NCBI GenBank assembly: GCA_043771635.1
Contig: JAYVHA010000007.1
Coordinates: 2,233 to 66,232 of the forward strand
Reading direction: 5' to 3'
Length of the DNA stretch: 64,000 nucleotides
Source: Candidatus Woesearchaeota archaeon
GTDB lineage: Archaea; Nanobdellota; Nanobdellia; Woesearchaeales; SKIA01
Position 1 is the first letter of the stretch. Each line of letters opens with the position of its first letter. A model generated the notes under the pieces. That model did no database searches. It was not told the DNA's origin and saw only the letters and a program-made list of their open reading frames with translations. The position numbers were made by a program, and so were the translations under genes. Of this stretch, positions 12,901 to 22,511 are shown in pieces.

Positions 12901-15250
12901 TGCGCTCGGCGAAGGCAATATTACCGCAATTGACATGCGCACTTGGGAGCCCGCAGCATACATTGCAACGGGTGGCCCTGGACTCTTTGTTCGAAGCTAT
13001 GATGCAAATCCACTGTATCCTTACGTGTGGGCTGACACCTCATTTGGGGAGCACCGCGACGAAATATATGTTATTGACGGTGCGAGCCTTAAGATTGTGA
13101 AAACACTCGTGCAAATTCAAGGCAATACTTCCATGCAACCAGAATTTACGAGAGATGGACGTTACGTGTACATTGCAGTGACTGACGGTGACGCAGTATA
13201 CGTATATGATTCGCTCACGTTTGAAATCGTAGCTACACTTGAGGCTACTACGCCGACCGCTATTTCCGCTATTGGAACCAGATTGCCTGTGCATTCACCA
13301 GTAACAGACAATAACATAATTGCGCGCATAAATGTCGGCGGCAATGCTTACAATGATTCGCATGGACAGCAATGGTCGGCAGACACTTATCCGCTTGATA
13401 CACATACCGTATCATCCAGCGCCAACATTAAGGGAACTGTTGATCACGCAATTTATCAGAACGCGCGGCGTACGGACGCGGACGCGCTCACGTACGCATT
13501 TGCAATTCCTGATGGGAAATACCAAGTTAGATTACATTTTGCAGAACTAGGTGCCTTTGAAGCAGGAATTAACGTATTTGACATTATAATCGAAAACGAA
13601 GTGGTGGAAAACAATTTTGACATCTTTGCAGCGGCAGGTATGGCGGCCGCCGTAGTTAAGGAGTACTCAACCACCGTTTCAGACGGAGTATTAACTGTCG
13701 CACTTAATCATAAAGAAGGCGAGCCGCTACTTGCCGGCATTGAAATTATTGCGCAAGATGCTGCGTGCTACGAACCGCAACCAGGCACTTATGTCGCGAA
13801 CGGCGATGATATAGTGGCCGCAACTAATTGGAACCTGACGCAAACTGTGACTGTTGAACTTGGCGAATTCTCCTTTAGTCCAAGTATACTGGCGCTCGAA
13901 GTAGGGCAGCCATACAAAATTATACTTAACAACACAGGACTAATCAAACATGAATTCGAGGCGGAAGAATTCTTCCGCACAGTTGCCTTGCACAAAGCGC
14001 AAGACACACATGCAGAAGTCAAGACAGCGTACTTTAGTGAAATTGAAGTATTTGCAGGAGAACAAGTTGAACTGTATGTAGTTCCATTAATCACAGGCAC
14101 CTATGCTATGGACTGCGCTATTACAGGCCACCACGAAGCAGGAATGTTCGGAAGCATAATCGTGACTGGTTCCGCGACTATTAGCCCGGCTCCGGTTATT
14201 GCACAGGTCTCAGATGGCGACTGGGTGCAGAATGCCGCTAACGTGATAGCAGGTGCGAATTGGACCAACATGCAAACTGTACGCATAGAACTTGATGAGT
14301 TCTCATTTAGTCCGAACAGCCTCGCGTTTGAAGTTGGAAAACCGTACAAGGTCGAGATAGTAAATATAGGAGTCACGCAGCACGAATTTGAAGCGGAAAG
14401 TTTCTTTAGAACTACCGCATTCAGAAAAGCTCAAGACGAAGCAGGCGAATTCAAATCACCATTCGTGCGCGAAGTTGAAGTATTCCCAAGTCAGCAATTG
14501 GATCTTTACTTCATACCCACTAAAGCCGGAACGTTTGGACTTGACTGCGCCATTGCAGGCCACCACGAAGCAGGAATGTTCGGCACAATTACTGTGAGCG
14601 GAAGCGACCTTGAGCAACTTACTTGTGCGCGTCCAACCGGCGCTATGCGTGTAATGTCTTCACCAGCTGGCGCAGCTGTGTTTGTCGACGGCATAAACAT
14701 AGGTGCTGCGCCGGCGACATACAACGCAATTCCGGGCGAGCACACAGTACAATGCGAACTCTCAGGATACACTAGCAGCACAGTCGCCGTGACTATTACC
14801 ATAGGAAGTACAACTGAAGTGGACTGCGACTTACAACGAATAATTAAGCGCAGTTCTGGTGGAGGCGGCGGTGGAGGAAGCAGTAAGCGCATAACAGCCA
14901 TCAATGTAACAAACAATACAGCAGCTGTGCCGCCAGTGAATACTGAAACGGCACCACCCGCACCGCCAGTTGATAAATTACCAACCTCTGACGCGACCTC
15001 AGGCGAAGGAGCTGCAGTTACAGCTAGTGACGCGCAAGCACAGAATGAATTGCAAGGGAGTACAGCACGCGCACCTAATAGCGAGCAAGAAAGTCCTTCA
15101 GCACTCACAGGCGCAGTAACTGGGGAACCTAGCGAATCCACGCAAGGGATTAAGTGGAGGTACGTGTACTATGCCCTGGGAGCAGCAGTAATACTTGGCG
15201 CCGCAGCGCTGGTATTCCGCGCAAGGCGATTGAAACGTAGGCAGGCTTAA
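9920..15250 (+). CDS. giant (1776 aa) C-terminally membrane-anchored multidomain surface protein: GSDH-like beta-propeller, PEGA, malectin-like x2, cyt b5-like, YVTN beta-propeller, cupredoxin x2
   Basis: Signal peptide MSKVSASSFFAMFILLISTAGVSA. LPAGFEQVNVFTGLDSPVAVRFAPDGSAFVAEKGGKI (glucose/sorbosone dehydrogenase family). ARINVGGNAY..YQVRLHFAE (malectin-like). Two CAI(T/A)GHHEAGMFG type-1 copper motifs. PEGA-like MRVMSSPAGAAVFVDGINIGAAP. Gly7 and PT-rich linker. Terminal TM plus RRLKRRQA. Confidence 0.85.
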   Translation: MSKVSASSFFAMFILLISTAGVSALPAGFEQVNVFTGLDSPVAVRFAPDGSAFVAEKGGKIQYFANLTATKVLTADFSADVYSNDGTDTGLLGLAVHPQYGAGKNYVYALYTRENSVYPSGRLVKLTVNPLTGIMLDSETILEGWCQMSNTHSIGDLHFGPDGALYVSGGEGASADSLDYGQVDSSSYPGQTCQDPFDEAANIREGGSLRSQDMMTDTDPTGLSGAILRIDPETGLAMPGNPNYGNADENKARIIAFGERNPYRFTFHPQTGEIWTQNTGWYSWEELNRIEDPTDAVIENFGWPCFEGDVAQPEFKTKNISICNALYADDTTTKPHIKFTYGDRRSSSGLAFYEGSTYPAEYNGALFVADVIGYFTQTDTIRVIYPDADGLPDASHIESFAGPSLGPVDLQLGPDGLIYAADISTYTIVRIEYHAANPESFGTLAITSTPQGASISIDGAPQINRTPTSFVLPQGNYSITLSMTGRKDATVSTTITANKTTDVPVLLAVVDTGMRFNAGGPTYIDTQARTWAPDTAYVIEPSDFFTNPAPISDSVEDALYQSERSAIPGSTQLGYEFPVPNGNYIVTLHFAEIDSAFHLEGLRVFDAYAEGEVVKNDLDIYAISGADTSSSYFTTVPVSDGNLSINFDASAGYPKVSAIEIVPVANQYTCAAIHQHDDPLTDCWLVVDSSVFDVTEASKWHPAAYHCGENISENYHSNHGLVIRPQMLKFQIGITADVCLAYQPEVNNTDPNPVTELFVPEGSWNPLELISIVESTSHSLLFVDGTTHSPVARIHDIGDRPHTSVFSPEGDLMYIISRDGWLSKIDLTTLKVADSAHVGEDARGTAITSDGAIVAVGNYDPRTVVLLSTQTLSTLATFELVVEQNGTNVTSRAGALLEDGDNIIVALKDVNSVWVIDAKTLTVTHKYYNIGSSQTPLHDGFVTPNGQYFIVAAQGSNTAWVLDLDTMTPVGEVPTGRTPHTGRGAVWGDYAFVPALGEGNITAIDMRTWEPAAYIATGGPGLFVRSYDANPLYPYVWADTSFGEHRDEIYVIDGASLKIVKTLVQIQGNTSMQPEFTRDGRYVYIAVTDGDAVYVYDSLTFEIVATLEATTPTAISAIGTRLPVHSPVTDNNIIARINVGGNAYNDSHGQQWSADTYPLDTHTVSSSANIKGTVDHAIYQNARRTDADALTYAFAIPDGKYQVRLHFAELGAFEAGINVFDIIIENEVVENNFDIFAAAGMAAAVVKEYSTTVSDGVLTVALNHKEGEPLLAGIEIIAQDAACYEPQPGTYVANGDDIVAATNWNLTQTVTVELGEFSFSPSILALEVGQPYKIILNNTGLIKHEFEAEEFFRTVALHKAQDTHAEVKTAYFSEIEVFAGEQVELYVVPLITGTYAMDCAITGHHEAGMFGSIIVTGSATISPAPVIAQVSDGDWVQNAANVIAGANWTNMQTVRIELDEFSFSPNSLAFEVGKPYKVEIVNIGVTQHEFEAESFFRTTAFRKAQDEAGEFKSPFVREVEVFPSQQLDLYFIPTKAGTFGLDCAIAGHHEAGMFGTITVSGSDLEQLTCARPTGAMRVMSSPAGAAVFVDGINIGAAPATYNAIPGEHTVQCELSGYTSSTVAVTITIGSTTEVDCDLQRIIKRSSGGGGGGGSSKRITAINVTNNTAAVPPVNTETAPPAPPVDKLPTSDATSGEGAAVTASDAQAQNELQGSTARAPNSEQESPSALTGAVTGEPSESTQGIKWRYVYYALGAAVILGAAALVFRARRLKRRQA

Positions 15251-15432
15251 TGTTAGTAGTGGAATTATGGAAGCATGAGTTTCGCAAGCAACTCAGAATA
15301 TACATATGCAAGTATACTATTTAATTTTTCATATCCTGAATTTACAATTAGAGCTATAGCACTTAATATTGCTAGCATGATATGAATTCATCACAAATAC
15401 ATAGTTCTATGTTAGCAGCTAATTACTTGCCT

Positions 15433-16461
15433 TTAGCCTTGACGCTTTTTCTGACGTACAGGTACACGCTTAGATTTCCGCGTTTTAGCGACGGAAATGC
15501 TTTCCGGCACAATAGCTGCTTTGGGCATGCCAAACTCTCGAATGACGGCGCGAATTATTTTATCGCGAACGCCATGGCGCGCGGCCTCGCTTGTATGCGT
15601 TTCTACAAAAACGACTAGCTTATCACGAGTTATATCAAGTTCAACACGGGGCGAGGGATGCTCGCGAGAAAGATCTGCTCGCACACGCTCAAGGCGCACA
15701 TCAATGTCTGTAGTGAACTCAGTGAACGGCACGCGCACTTGCACAAGCAACTCTTCATGACCATAGTTGTAAAATGATTGTTGCAGAAAGCGTTGGTTTG
15801 GAACTCTAATGTAGTCTGCACGCGTGTCCGGATTTTCATCTAGAACGACATAGAATGTGCCGATGTGCATTACGCGCCCTTCATCTTCACCAATGCGAAT
15901 GTAATCACCCATGCGGAAAGGCTTTTTTGTCAGTAGCATAAACCAGATGAAGTATGCGCCGATAATGTCCCGCATTGCAAACGCAACACCCGTTGTTGCG
16001 AGGCCGAGAAACACTGTTAGATTGCTTGCAGATAACCCGAGCCGCCATAGTATTACTAGGGTTGCAACTATATACGCCGCTAGAATGTAGAATTTTCTGA
16101 CAATGAGTAGCTGTTCAATATGATTCTCGATTGAGAAAATACGCACACCTGCATGAACGGTAAAACGAACAAAAAGTGAAGCTAGCAAATACACACCTGC
16201 AATAACTGCTAATGTTGCTATAGGTGACGCCAGGGAATCCGGCAAGCGCCATGAAGTGTACAGCTGTAGCCCGCGCATACCTAACAATACTACAAGGGCA
16301 AGAATGAAAACAAGAATCCAAGCATTTAGCCCGCGAAGTACGGCACGCTTAGGCTGCACAGTTGATGCAACACCATTCACTCTGGCGCCGTTTGATTCTG
16401 CAACTACCATAACTAATTTTGGCAGAGTGCGATTTATATGTGTGCTCGCAACTTTTCTCAC
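15433..16461 (-). CDS. mechanosensitive ion channel, MscS family
   Basis: Multiple TM helices then MscS signature RMGDYIRIGEDEGRVMHIGTFYVVLDENPDTRADYIRVPNQRF. Confidence 0.8.
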   Translation of the reverse strand: MRKVASTHINRTLPKLVMVVAESNGARVNGVASTVQPKRAVLRGLNAWILVFILALVVLLGMRGLQLYTSWRLPDSLASPIATLAVIAGVYLLASLFVRFTVHAGVRIFSIENHIEQLLIVRKFYILAAYIVATLVILWRLGLSASNLTVFLGLATTGVAFAMRDIIGAYFIWFMLLTKKPFRMGDYIRIGEDEGRVMHIGTFYVVLDENPDTRADYIRVPNQRFLQQSFYNYGHEELLVQVRVPFTEFTTDIDVRLERVRADLSREHPSPRVELDITRDKLVVFVETHTSEAARHGVRDKIIRAVIREFGMPKAAIVPESISVAKTRKSKRVPVRQKKRQG

Positions 16462-16474
16462 TCAGACTTAGTAG

Positions 16475-17461
16475 TTACGCTTGTGTACCGCACGCGCGCT
16501 GCTGCGCTTCTCTTTCACGGCGCGCGTGCTCATTCAAACAAAATCTTGAACAAAAGCCTTGCAGACGTTCAATGCACTTGCTGCAGCCAATAAGTCGCTT
16601 ATCGCACAGTACACGACGACAGTTGTAGTAAGTGTCAGCTGGCAAATGACAATCATGGCATGAAGCTATGGGCTCACTCTGCCCTTCCGGATGAATTGCA
16701 ATGCTGCCGCGTGTGTCAAACACAAAGCAGCGCCCTTCCCAATGGTCGTTGCCGACTTCCTCACCATAGCGAATAATTCCTCCATGAAGTTGCTGTACAT
16801 CAGTAAAGCCGCGCTCCTTGAGTACTGCGCTTGCTTTCTCACAGCGAATACCGCCAGTACAATAGGTAACTATTTTCTTATTCTTGAGTTTACTTAACTC
16901 GTCGGCAACGTCAGTAAATTTGCGAAACACAGAGATGTCAGGCGTAATCGCATTCTTGAAGCGACCTATCGCACTTTCGTAATTATTACGAGCGTCGAGC
17001 AAAATAACCTCCTCTCCACTCTCAAGCAATGCCTTGAGTTCGTTTGCCTCTATGTATGGAGCAGCATTTGTTAAGTTCACTGTTGTACTCGACGTCACTA
17101 TCTCTGGTCGTACCCGCACGATTGTTTTACGAAAACCGTGCTCAGACGCGGGCGTATCCTTAAACTCTAAATCCGCAAATCGCGAATCTGTGCGCATAGC
17201 CGCTTTGTAGTTCTCAGCGTCTTGCTCCGCACCAGTAATGCAACCGTTAATTCCTTCTCGTGCAACGAAGACTTTTCCTTTTAGATTCAGGGATCGCAGA
17301 AGCTGCAAATGCTCGTCCCGAAACGCGTCAGGGTCGACGATTTCGACGTACTTGTAGTACAATAAGTTGCGCATAATAACAAGAGAACACCATAGGTTAA
17401 AAGCGTTTTGCCATGCACGCACAAGACTGTTAAATACCGTAACATGTAGCATCTCATGCAC
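16475..17461 (-). CDS. rhodanese-domain protein, UPF0176/TrhO (tRNA U34 hydroxylase)-like
   Basis: Rhodanese active-site YCTGGIRCEKASAVLKERGF. C-terminal Cys cluster CHDCHLP..C..C. Typical 328 aa length. Confidence 0.7.
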   Translation of the reverse strand: MHEMLHVTVFNSLVRAWQNAFNLWCSLVIMRNLLYYKYVEIVDPDAFRDEHLQLLRSLNLKGKVFVAREGINGCITGAEQDAENYKAAMRTDSRFADLEFKDTPASEHGFRKTIVRVRPEIVTSSTTVNLTNAAPYIEANELKALLESGEEVILLDARNNYESAIGRFKNAITPDISVFRKFTDVADELSKLKNKKIVTYCTGGIRCEKASAVLKERGFTDVQQLHGGIIRYGEEVGNDHWEGRCFVFDTRGSIAIHPEGQSEPIASCHDCHLPADTYYNCRRVLCDKRLIGCSKCIERLQGFCSRFCLNEHARREREAQQRACGTQA

Positions 17462-18133
17462 TTCACAATTCTACTGCCTCCAAGTGAAGGGAAAGTGCTG
17501 CGCGGAACGGGCGCCGCAAAAACCTATTGGACAGCACTCTCACGACACCTACTTCAAGAGTGCACTAGCGGAGATCCTGAAAAACTTTACTCCACTCGGC
17601 GCGCAGAGGCTGTAAGTCTTAACGCAGATGCTTTAACAGCACCGACAATGCCTGCTATTGAGCGATATTCTGGAGTCGTATACAAAGCGCTTGATTACAA
17701 CTCCCTGGAAGCGAAGGAGCAAGAGTACATAAACAATCATGTGCGTATTGAATGCGCACTTTTTGGCCTTGTGCCACCGCAAGAACCAATTCCGAATTAT
17801 GTGCTCAGCATAACTAAACTTCAATGCGCAAAACTATGGTTGGACACAAACTCACGTCTTCTGCACAAAAGTTTTGTTCTGGATTTGCTTCCCGCCGCGC
17901 ACCGCAAGGCAGTTTTGTACCGAAACGGACTAGCTATCGACTTTACAACAAACCGTAATGGCTCGACTAAGCTTACAGGACACGAAGGCAAACGTATCAA
18001 AGGTGTTTACGTACGCTGGCTTGCACAGAACTTAGTTACTTCACAGGACCAGGCGCTACAATTTAGTGAAGACGGTTACAAATGGAACGGAAAAACATTT
18101 CACCAAAATAATGCGCCCAAAAAAAAGCAATAG
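17456..18133 (+). CDS. YaaA/DUF328 (UPF0246) family protein
   Basis: N-terminal MHFTILLPPSEGK and central ECALFGLVPPQEPIPNYVLSI resembling the YaaA family. Confidence 0.5.
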   Translation: MHFTILLPPSEGKVLRGTGAAKTYWTALSRHLLQECTSGDPEKLYSTRRAEAVSLNADALTAPTMPAIERYSGVVYKALDYNSLEAKEQEYINNHVRIECALFGLVPPQEPIPNYVLSITKLQCAKLWLDTNSRLLHKSFVLDLLPAAHRKAVLYRNGLAIDFTTNRNGSTKLTGHEGKRIKGVYVRWLAQNLVTSQDQALQFSEDGYKWNGKTFHQNNAPKKKQ

Positions 18134-18204
18134 CAACCATAAGCTAAACCACTATAGTGACTTCAAGGAGCAACCTTTAAAACTCAGCACAAGTATACCA
18201 TGTT

Positions 18205-19662
18205 ATGGCAGATGAACTCGGCATTCGCGAAAAAAAAGAGCAAGATCCTAACGCATGGTACACAGAAATAGTTACTAAAGCCGAACTAATCGATTATACA
18301 GAAGTTTCCGGATGCTACATTTTAAGGCCTAAGGCGCAGTATATCTGGGACACTATTCGTACAGTTATGGACGCGCGCCTAAAAGAGCGCGGCGTCAAAA
18401 ACGCGTCTTTCCCGTTACTTATTCCTGAGCGACTTCTTAAGACTGAAGAAGAGCACGTTGAAGGCTTCACTCCTGAAGTCGCATGGGTTACGCACGCAGG
18501 TGAGACTCTACTGCCTGAACGACTTGCTATTCGTCCTACTTCTGAAACTATTATGTACCCAGCATACGCTAAGTGGATTCGCTCACACAAGAATTTACCG
18601 CTAAAGCTCAATCAGTGGTGCTCTGTTGTGCGCTGGGAATTCAAACACCCTATGCCGTTTCTTCGGTCCCGTGAATTTTTATGGCAGGAAGGCCACACCG
18701 CGTTTGCCACACAGCAGGAAGCAGAAGAAGAAGCAATGGATATTTTGATTGGCGTGTACAAGTACGTGTACGAAGAGCTGCTTGCAGTTCCGTGTATTGC
18801 AGGCATCAAAACACTTCGAGAAAAGTTCGCAGGCGCAACACACTCACTCTCTTGCGAATGCTATTTGCCAATCGGCAAAGCAGTGCAAGGCTGCACGTCG
18901 CACTACCTGGGCACTAACTTCGCTAAAGCGTTTAACATTACGTACACCGCAGAAGATCAACAAACGCATCACGTCCATCAAAACAGTTGGGGCTTCTCAA
19001 CACGCGCAATTGGCGTGACAGTTATGATGCACTCTGACAATAAAGGGCTAATTTTACCTCCGCGAGTAGCTCAAAATCGACTTTGCATACTGCCAGTATT
19101 CGGTAAAGTAGTTGACGGTAAATCAAGCAACGCAGACGTAATAGAATACTGCGAAACCCTGGCTGAAATGCTGCGCGAGCATGATCCAATTGTGGACAGT
19201 CGCGAGCAGCACACGTTCGGTTTCCGCATAGCAGACGCAGAATTAAGTGGCGTGCCACTACGACTAGATGTTGGACCGAAAGAAATGGTTGAAGGAAAAG
19301 TAACCCTCGTGCGTCGCGACACCGGCGTCAAAGAAAGCGTATTTGTGCGCGACCTTGTAGCATACATCCCGCAAGTGCTTGATTCAATACACAGTAATCT
19401 GTTTGCGAGAGCAAAAGCGGTGCTTGACGGCGCAATCGTTGAGGAGCACGCAAGCGTTGAGCGCATTGCAGCACTTGTAGCTGAAGGCAAGATTGTACTT
19501 ACACCATACGACGGCGACGGCGCAACCGACGACATGATACGCGAGACAACAGGCGGAAAGACACTGTGTATTCCGTTCGGCAAACATCCTGAAGCTGGCG
19601 CCGTTTGCGTGTTCTCTGGTAAGCCTGCAAGGCACGTTGTTTACATCGGTAAAAGTCTGTAG
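18205..19662 (+). CDS. proS: prolyl-tRNA synthetase (archaeal/eukaryotic type)
   Basis: Class II aaRS motifs, WYTEIVTKAELIDY..GCYILRP, FPLLIPERLL, RWEFKHPMPFLRSREFLWQEGHTA. 485 aa typical for archaeal ProRS. Confidence 0.85.
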   Translation: MADELGIREKKEQDPNAWYTEIVTKAELIDYTEVSGCYILRPKAQYIWDTIRTVMDARLKERGVKNASFPLLIPERLLKTEEEHVEGFTPEVAWVTHAGETLLPERLAIRPTSETIMYPAYAKWIRSHKNLPLKLNQWCSVVRWEFKHPMPFLRSREFLWQEGHTAFATQQEAEEEAMDILIGVYKYVYEELLAVPCIAGIKTLREKFAGATHSLSCECYLPIGKAVQGCTSHYLGTNFAKAFNITYTAEDQQTHHVHQNSWGFSTRAIGVTVMMHSDNKGLILPPRVAQNRLCILPVFGKVVDGKSSNADVIEYCETLAEMLREHDPIVDSREQHTFGFRIADAELSGVPLRLDVGPKEMVEGKVTLVRRDTGVKESVFVRDLVAYIPQVLDSIHSNLFARAKAVLDGAIVEEHASVERIAALVAEGKIVLTPYDGDGATDDMIRETTGGKTLCIPFGKHPEAGAVCVFSGKPARHVVYIGKSL

Positions 19663-21450
19663 TTATTTGCTAACCGTAATTGGGGGCAGTACGCCATCGA
19701 AAAAGTATGACGGTGTCGTGGTGTAAGTTACTATTAACGTCTCTTTAGCGCGAGACACAGCTACGTACAATAGGCGACGCTCTTCTTCTTCACGATCAAG
19801 GTATGCGTCTTTAATTAAATCTACAACCGGATGCTCTGAAACTTTGCATGGAAAGTATCTTGACGTCGCGCCAATAACAATTACTGTGCGAGCTTCGAGA
19901 CCTTTGATTGCGTGAACGGTCGCAAGCACCAGTCCTGATGGAGCGCCCTCATCTTCCTCTTTTTTTATGCTATGCGCGACGCCACCTCTAGTTAGCAGAA
20001 CTGACAAATCCTGGAGTTGACGGTTTGTTCGAGCAAGTACAAATATATCAGTGTTTGTTGCATGCTTAAGAATCGCCGCAACCGCGCCGAGTTCCTCTTC
20101 TTCGCCTGTGTACTTGAGGGTTTGTACGGCGCCACCTGCAGTTTGCGCGGCAACTAATTCAGGCAAGTTCATGCCAGCAATAAGTTTGTTCATGAGAGTT
20201 GCTATCACCGGGCGTGAGCGGTAGTTTGTTTGAAGCTGGATTGTTGAATCGGCAACGAACTCCGTGATGTACCTCAACTGGGAGCCTCGCCATCCAAATA
20301 TGCTTTGCCGAGGATCACCAACTACAAATAAATTCTCGGGCTTAAGCAAATCAATAAGTCTTTGCTGCGCAACATTTACATCTTGATATTCATCTACAAG
20401 GACGTGAGTGTACGCAGGGACAGATATGGACTTATTTCTTAGGAGTGCAAGAATGTCTCGCGTTTGTCCCGAATAGTCGCGCAACCCTCTTACAGTTATT
20501 TCTCTTTCTATACGACGCGCAAGTCCAAGGAGCGTACTTGCAAGTGTTGATTTTCCCTTACTTGGCAAAGCCTCGTCTTCGTTTGAATAGTGATCAATTA
20601 TACTGTACACATCACCCATTAATCGTCGCTCTAACTCCTCTTTTGTTGCGCCTTTACGTTGCGCATCAGTAAAATAATCGAACACAAGTTCGTGTAAATT
20701 AATTCGCTCCGCCGAAAGTGCGTCTTGAAATAAGCGGACGCGTTGCCCATAGTTAACCAATGGTTTTGCATATCCGTGTGAGCGAAGTAACTTCTCACAA
20801 AAACCGTTAAAGGTGGTTACTTCTGCCCCCACACTGCTCAGTCTGGCTTGCATTTCTGCACGAGCTTTGCGAGTGAAAGTGATAGCAAGAATACTACTCG
20901 GCTTTACTCCCCGGTAGGCAACTAAAAACTCGATTCGCTTTGTCAGCACAGTTGTTTTACCTGTGCCCGCTCCCGCAACACACAATATTTTTTTAGCAGG
21001 AGAAACAATTGCGTGCTGCTGCTGCACATTATAGGACTTCAGAAAAAATTGGAACTGCTGCATTAATTGCTTAGACAATTCATCCGGCTCACTTATCCCG
21101 AAGCTACTTGCGTAAGTAGTTTTACCAATTTTAGGCGCCTTAAGTTCTCCAATTCCTTTTGCAGTAATTTCTATCACGCGCATGTGTGACTGGCCGCGGG
21201 GATGCACTAGCGCCAAGTGTCCGCTTGCTACAAGACGGTCTATTGTTTGCTCAATTCGGATTTGCGGGTAGGCAGACAGCGCGCTGTACGAATCAAGTTC
21301 CATGTACGTGTCGTTGCTAACCATTTTCTTGCTTACAGCGCCGACGAGTAGCTCGCTTAAGGTTCCTTTTCCCACGGAGAAAGGCAACTCTTGCACCGCA
21401 GCCAGAATTACTGCATGATCCAGGTCCTCCGCATTATTCATTTCATACAA
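19663..21450 (-). CDS. UvrD/PcrA-family superfamily 1 DNA helicase
   Basis: Walker A CVAGAGTGKTT. Motif II VLVDEYQDVN. Motif VI TVHAIKGLEARTVIVIG. Confidence 0.8.
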   Translation of the reverse strand: MYEMNNAEDLDHAVILAAVQELPFSVGKGTLSELLVGAVSKKMVSNDTYMELDSYSALSAYPQIRIEQTIDRLVASGHLALVHPRGQSHMRVIEITAKGIGELKAPKIGKTTYASSFGISEPDELSKQLMQQFQFFLKSYNVQQQHAIVSPAKKILCVAGAGTGKTTVLTKRIEFLVAYRGVKPSSILAITFTRKARAEMQARLSSVGAEVTTFNGFCEKLLRSHGYAKPLVNYGQRVRLFQDALSAERINLHELVFDYFTDAQRKGATKEELERRLMGDVYSIIDHYSNEDEALPSKGKSTLASTLLGLARRIEREITVRGLRDYSGQTRDILALLRNKSISVPAYTHVLVDEYQDVNVAQQRLIDLLKPENLFVVGDPRQSIFGWRGSQLRYITEFVADSTIQLQTNYRSRPVIATLMNKLIAGMNLPELVAAQTAGGAVQTLKYTGEEEELGAVAAILKHATNTDIFVLARTNRQLQDLSVLLTRGGVAHSIKKEEDEGAPSGLVLATVHAIKGLEARTVIVIGATSRYFPCKVSEHPVVDLIKDAYLDREEEERRLLYVAVSRAKETLIVTYTTTPSYFFDGVLPPITVSK

Positions 21451-21650
21451 GCAGTTTTAGGGTTTATAAGCGCTGAGGTCGTTTGACTAGTGGCTAGCAC
21501 AATTGTATTACTAGTTGGCAACAGACACTTACGGATTCTACTAAGCATAAGTGCGTAACTTTGATTTAATATAGAATAAGCTGAGTCGACCTTATGTACT
21601 TCAGTTTTATAACTTCAAAGAATTTCTGGCGACATAGGATAAACTAAAGT

Positions 21651-22466
21651 ATGGCAAACTGGGATAAAATTCAAGAACGAGGAAGGGTCGACGACAGACG
21701 AGGCGCGCCCAAGATGGTTATGGGAGGAATGGGCCTCGGAATGGTAGCGGTTGCCATCATATTTAGTTTAATTTCGGGCGCAGATCCAAGTCAAGTCCTC
21801 GAAAGCGTCTCGCAAGCGAGTGCGAACCAGCCACCACAAACAACCGATACTGGCGAATACGCTGGCCTTGATAGTTACGAAGTTTATGTTTCGAGCGTCA
21901 CAGGTTCTGCGAACACAATGTGGAGTGCAGCATTTGCTAACTCTAACTTACAGTATCGCGAGCCTAACACTGTTCTATTTCGAGGCGCCACAGACTCCGC
22001 CTGCGGTGGCGCGGATTCGCGTTCAGGACCGCACTATTGCCCAGCGGACGAAACAATCTACCTAGATGAAACTTTCTTTGATGAACTCACTAAGCGCTAT
22101 GGTGCGCGCGGCGGGGACGTCGCGGAAGCTTATGTACTCGCGCACGAAGTTGGTCACCACGTGCAAAATCTTCTCGGCGCAACTAAGAATGTTAAAACCA
22201 ATGAAGCATCAATTGCACTAGAGCTGCAGGCGGACTGCTACGCAGGTGTTTGGGCAAAATCAATTGAAGATAGAGGAGTTATCACTTTAGAAGAATTGGA
22301 TCAAGCAATCGATGCCGCTGCCGCAGTTGGCGACGACCGAATACAAAAATCCACGACAGGACGCATTAATCCGGAAACCTGGACACATGGCTCTTCGGCG
22401 CAGCGCAAAGAGTGGTTTCTAACTGGGTTCACAACTGGAGACCCAAGTAAGTGCAAAACCAGTTAA
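21651..22466 (+). CDS. YpfJ-like putative neutral zinc metallopeptidase
   Basis: N-terminal RGRVDDRRG, single TM, HEVGHHVQNLLG (HExxH), LQADCYAGVW. Confidence 0.7.
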   Translation: MANWDKIQERGRVDDRRGAPKMVMGGMGLGMVAVAIIFSLISGADPSQVLESVSQASANQPPQTTDTGEYAGLDSYEVYVSSVTGSANTMWSAAFANSNLQYREPNTVLFRGATDSACGGADSRSGPHYCPADETIYLDETFFDELTKRYGARGGDVAEAYVLAHEVGHHVQNLLGATKNVKTNEASIALELQADCYAGVWAKSIEDRGVITLEELDQAIDAAAAVGDDRIQKSTTGRINPETWTHGSSAQRKEWFLTGFTTGDPSKCKTS

Positions 22467-22511
22467 GCCTTGTTTGTCAGTAGAAATAGTATTCTTGGAC
22501 TGAAGTTTGTG

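Noticed and set aside
14860-14890. G-rich tract ggtggaggcggcggtggaggaagc
   Set aside because: Encodes a Gly7 linker (SSGGGGGGGSSK) within the surface protein; simple coding low-complexity, not a regulatory G-quadruplex candidate of note.
14506-15141. 211-aa minus-strand ORF antisense to the giant surface protein gene, and similar antisense ORFs (10961-11272, 13789-14376, 19071-19583, 44547-44816, 48445-49396, 51604-52620)
   Set aside because: Fully embedded antisense in strongly supported long genes; low-complexity composition; shadow ORFs.
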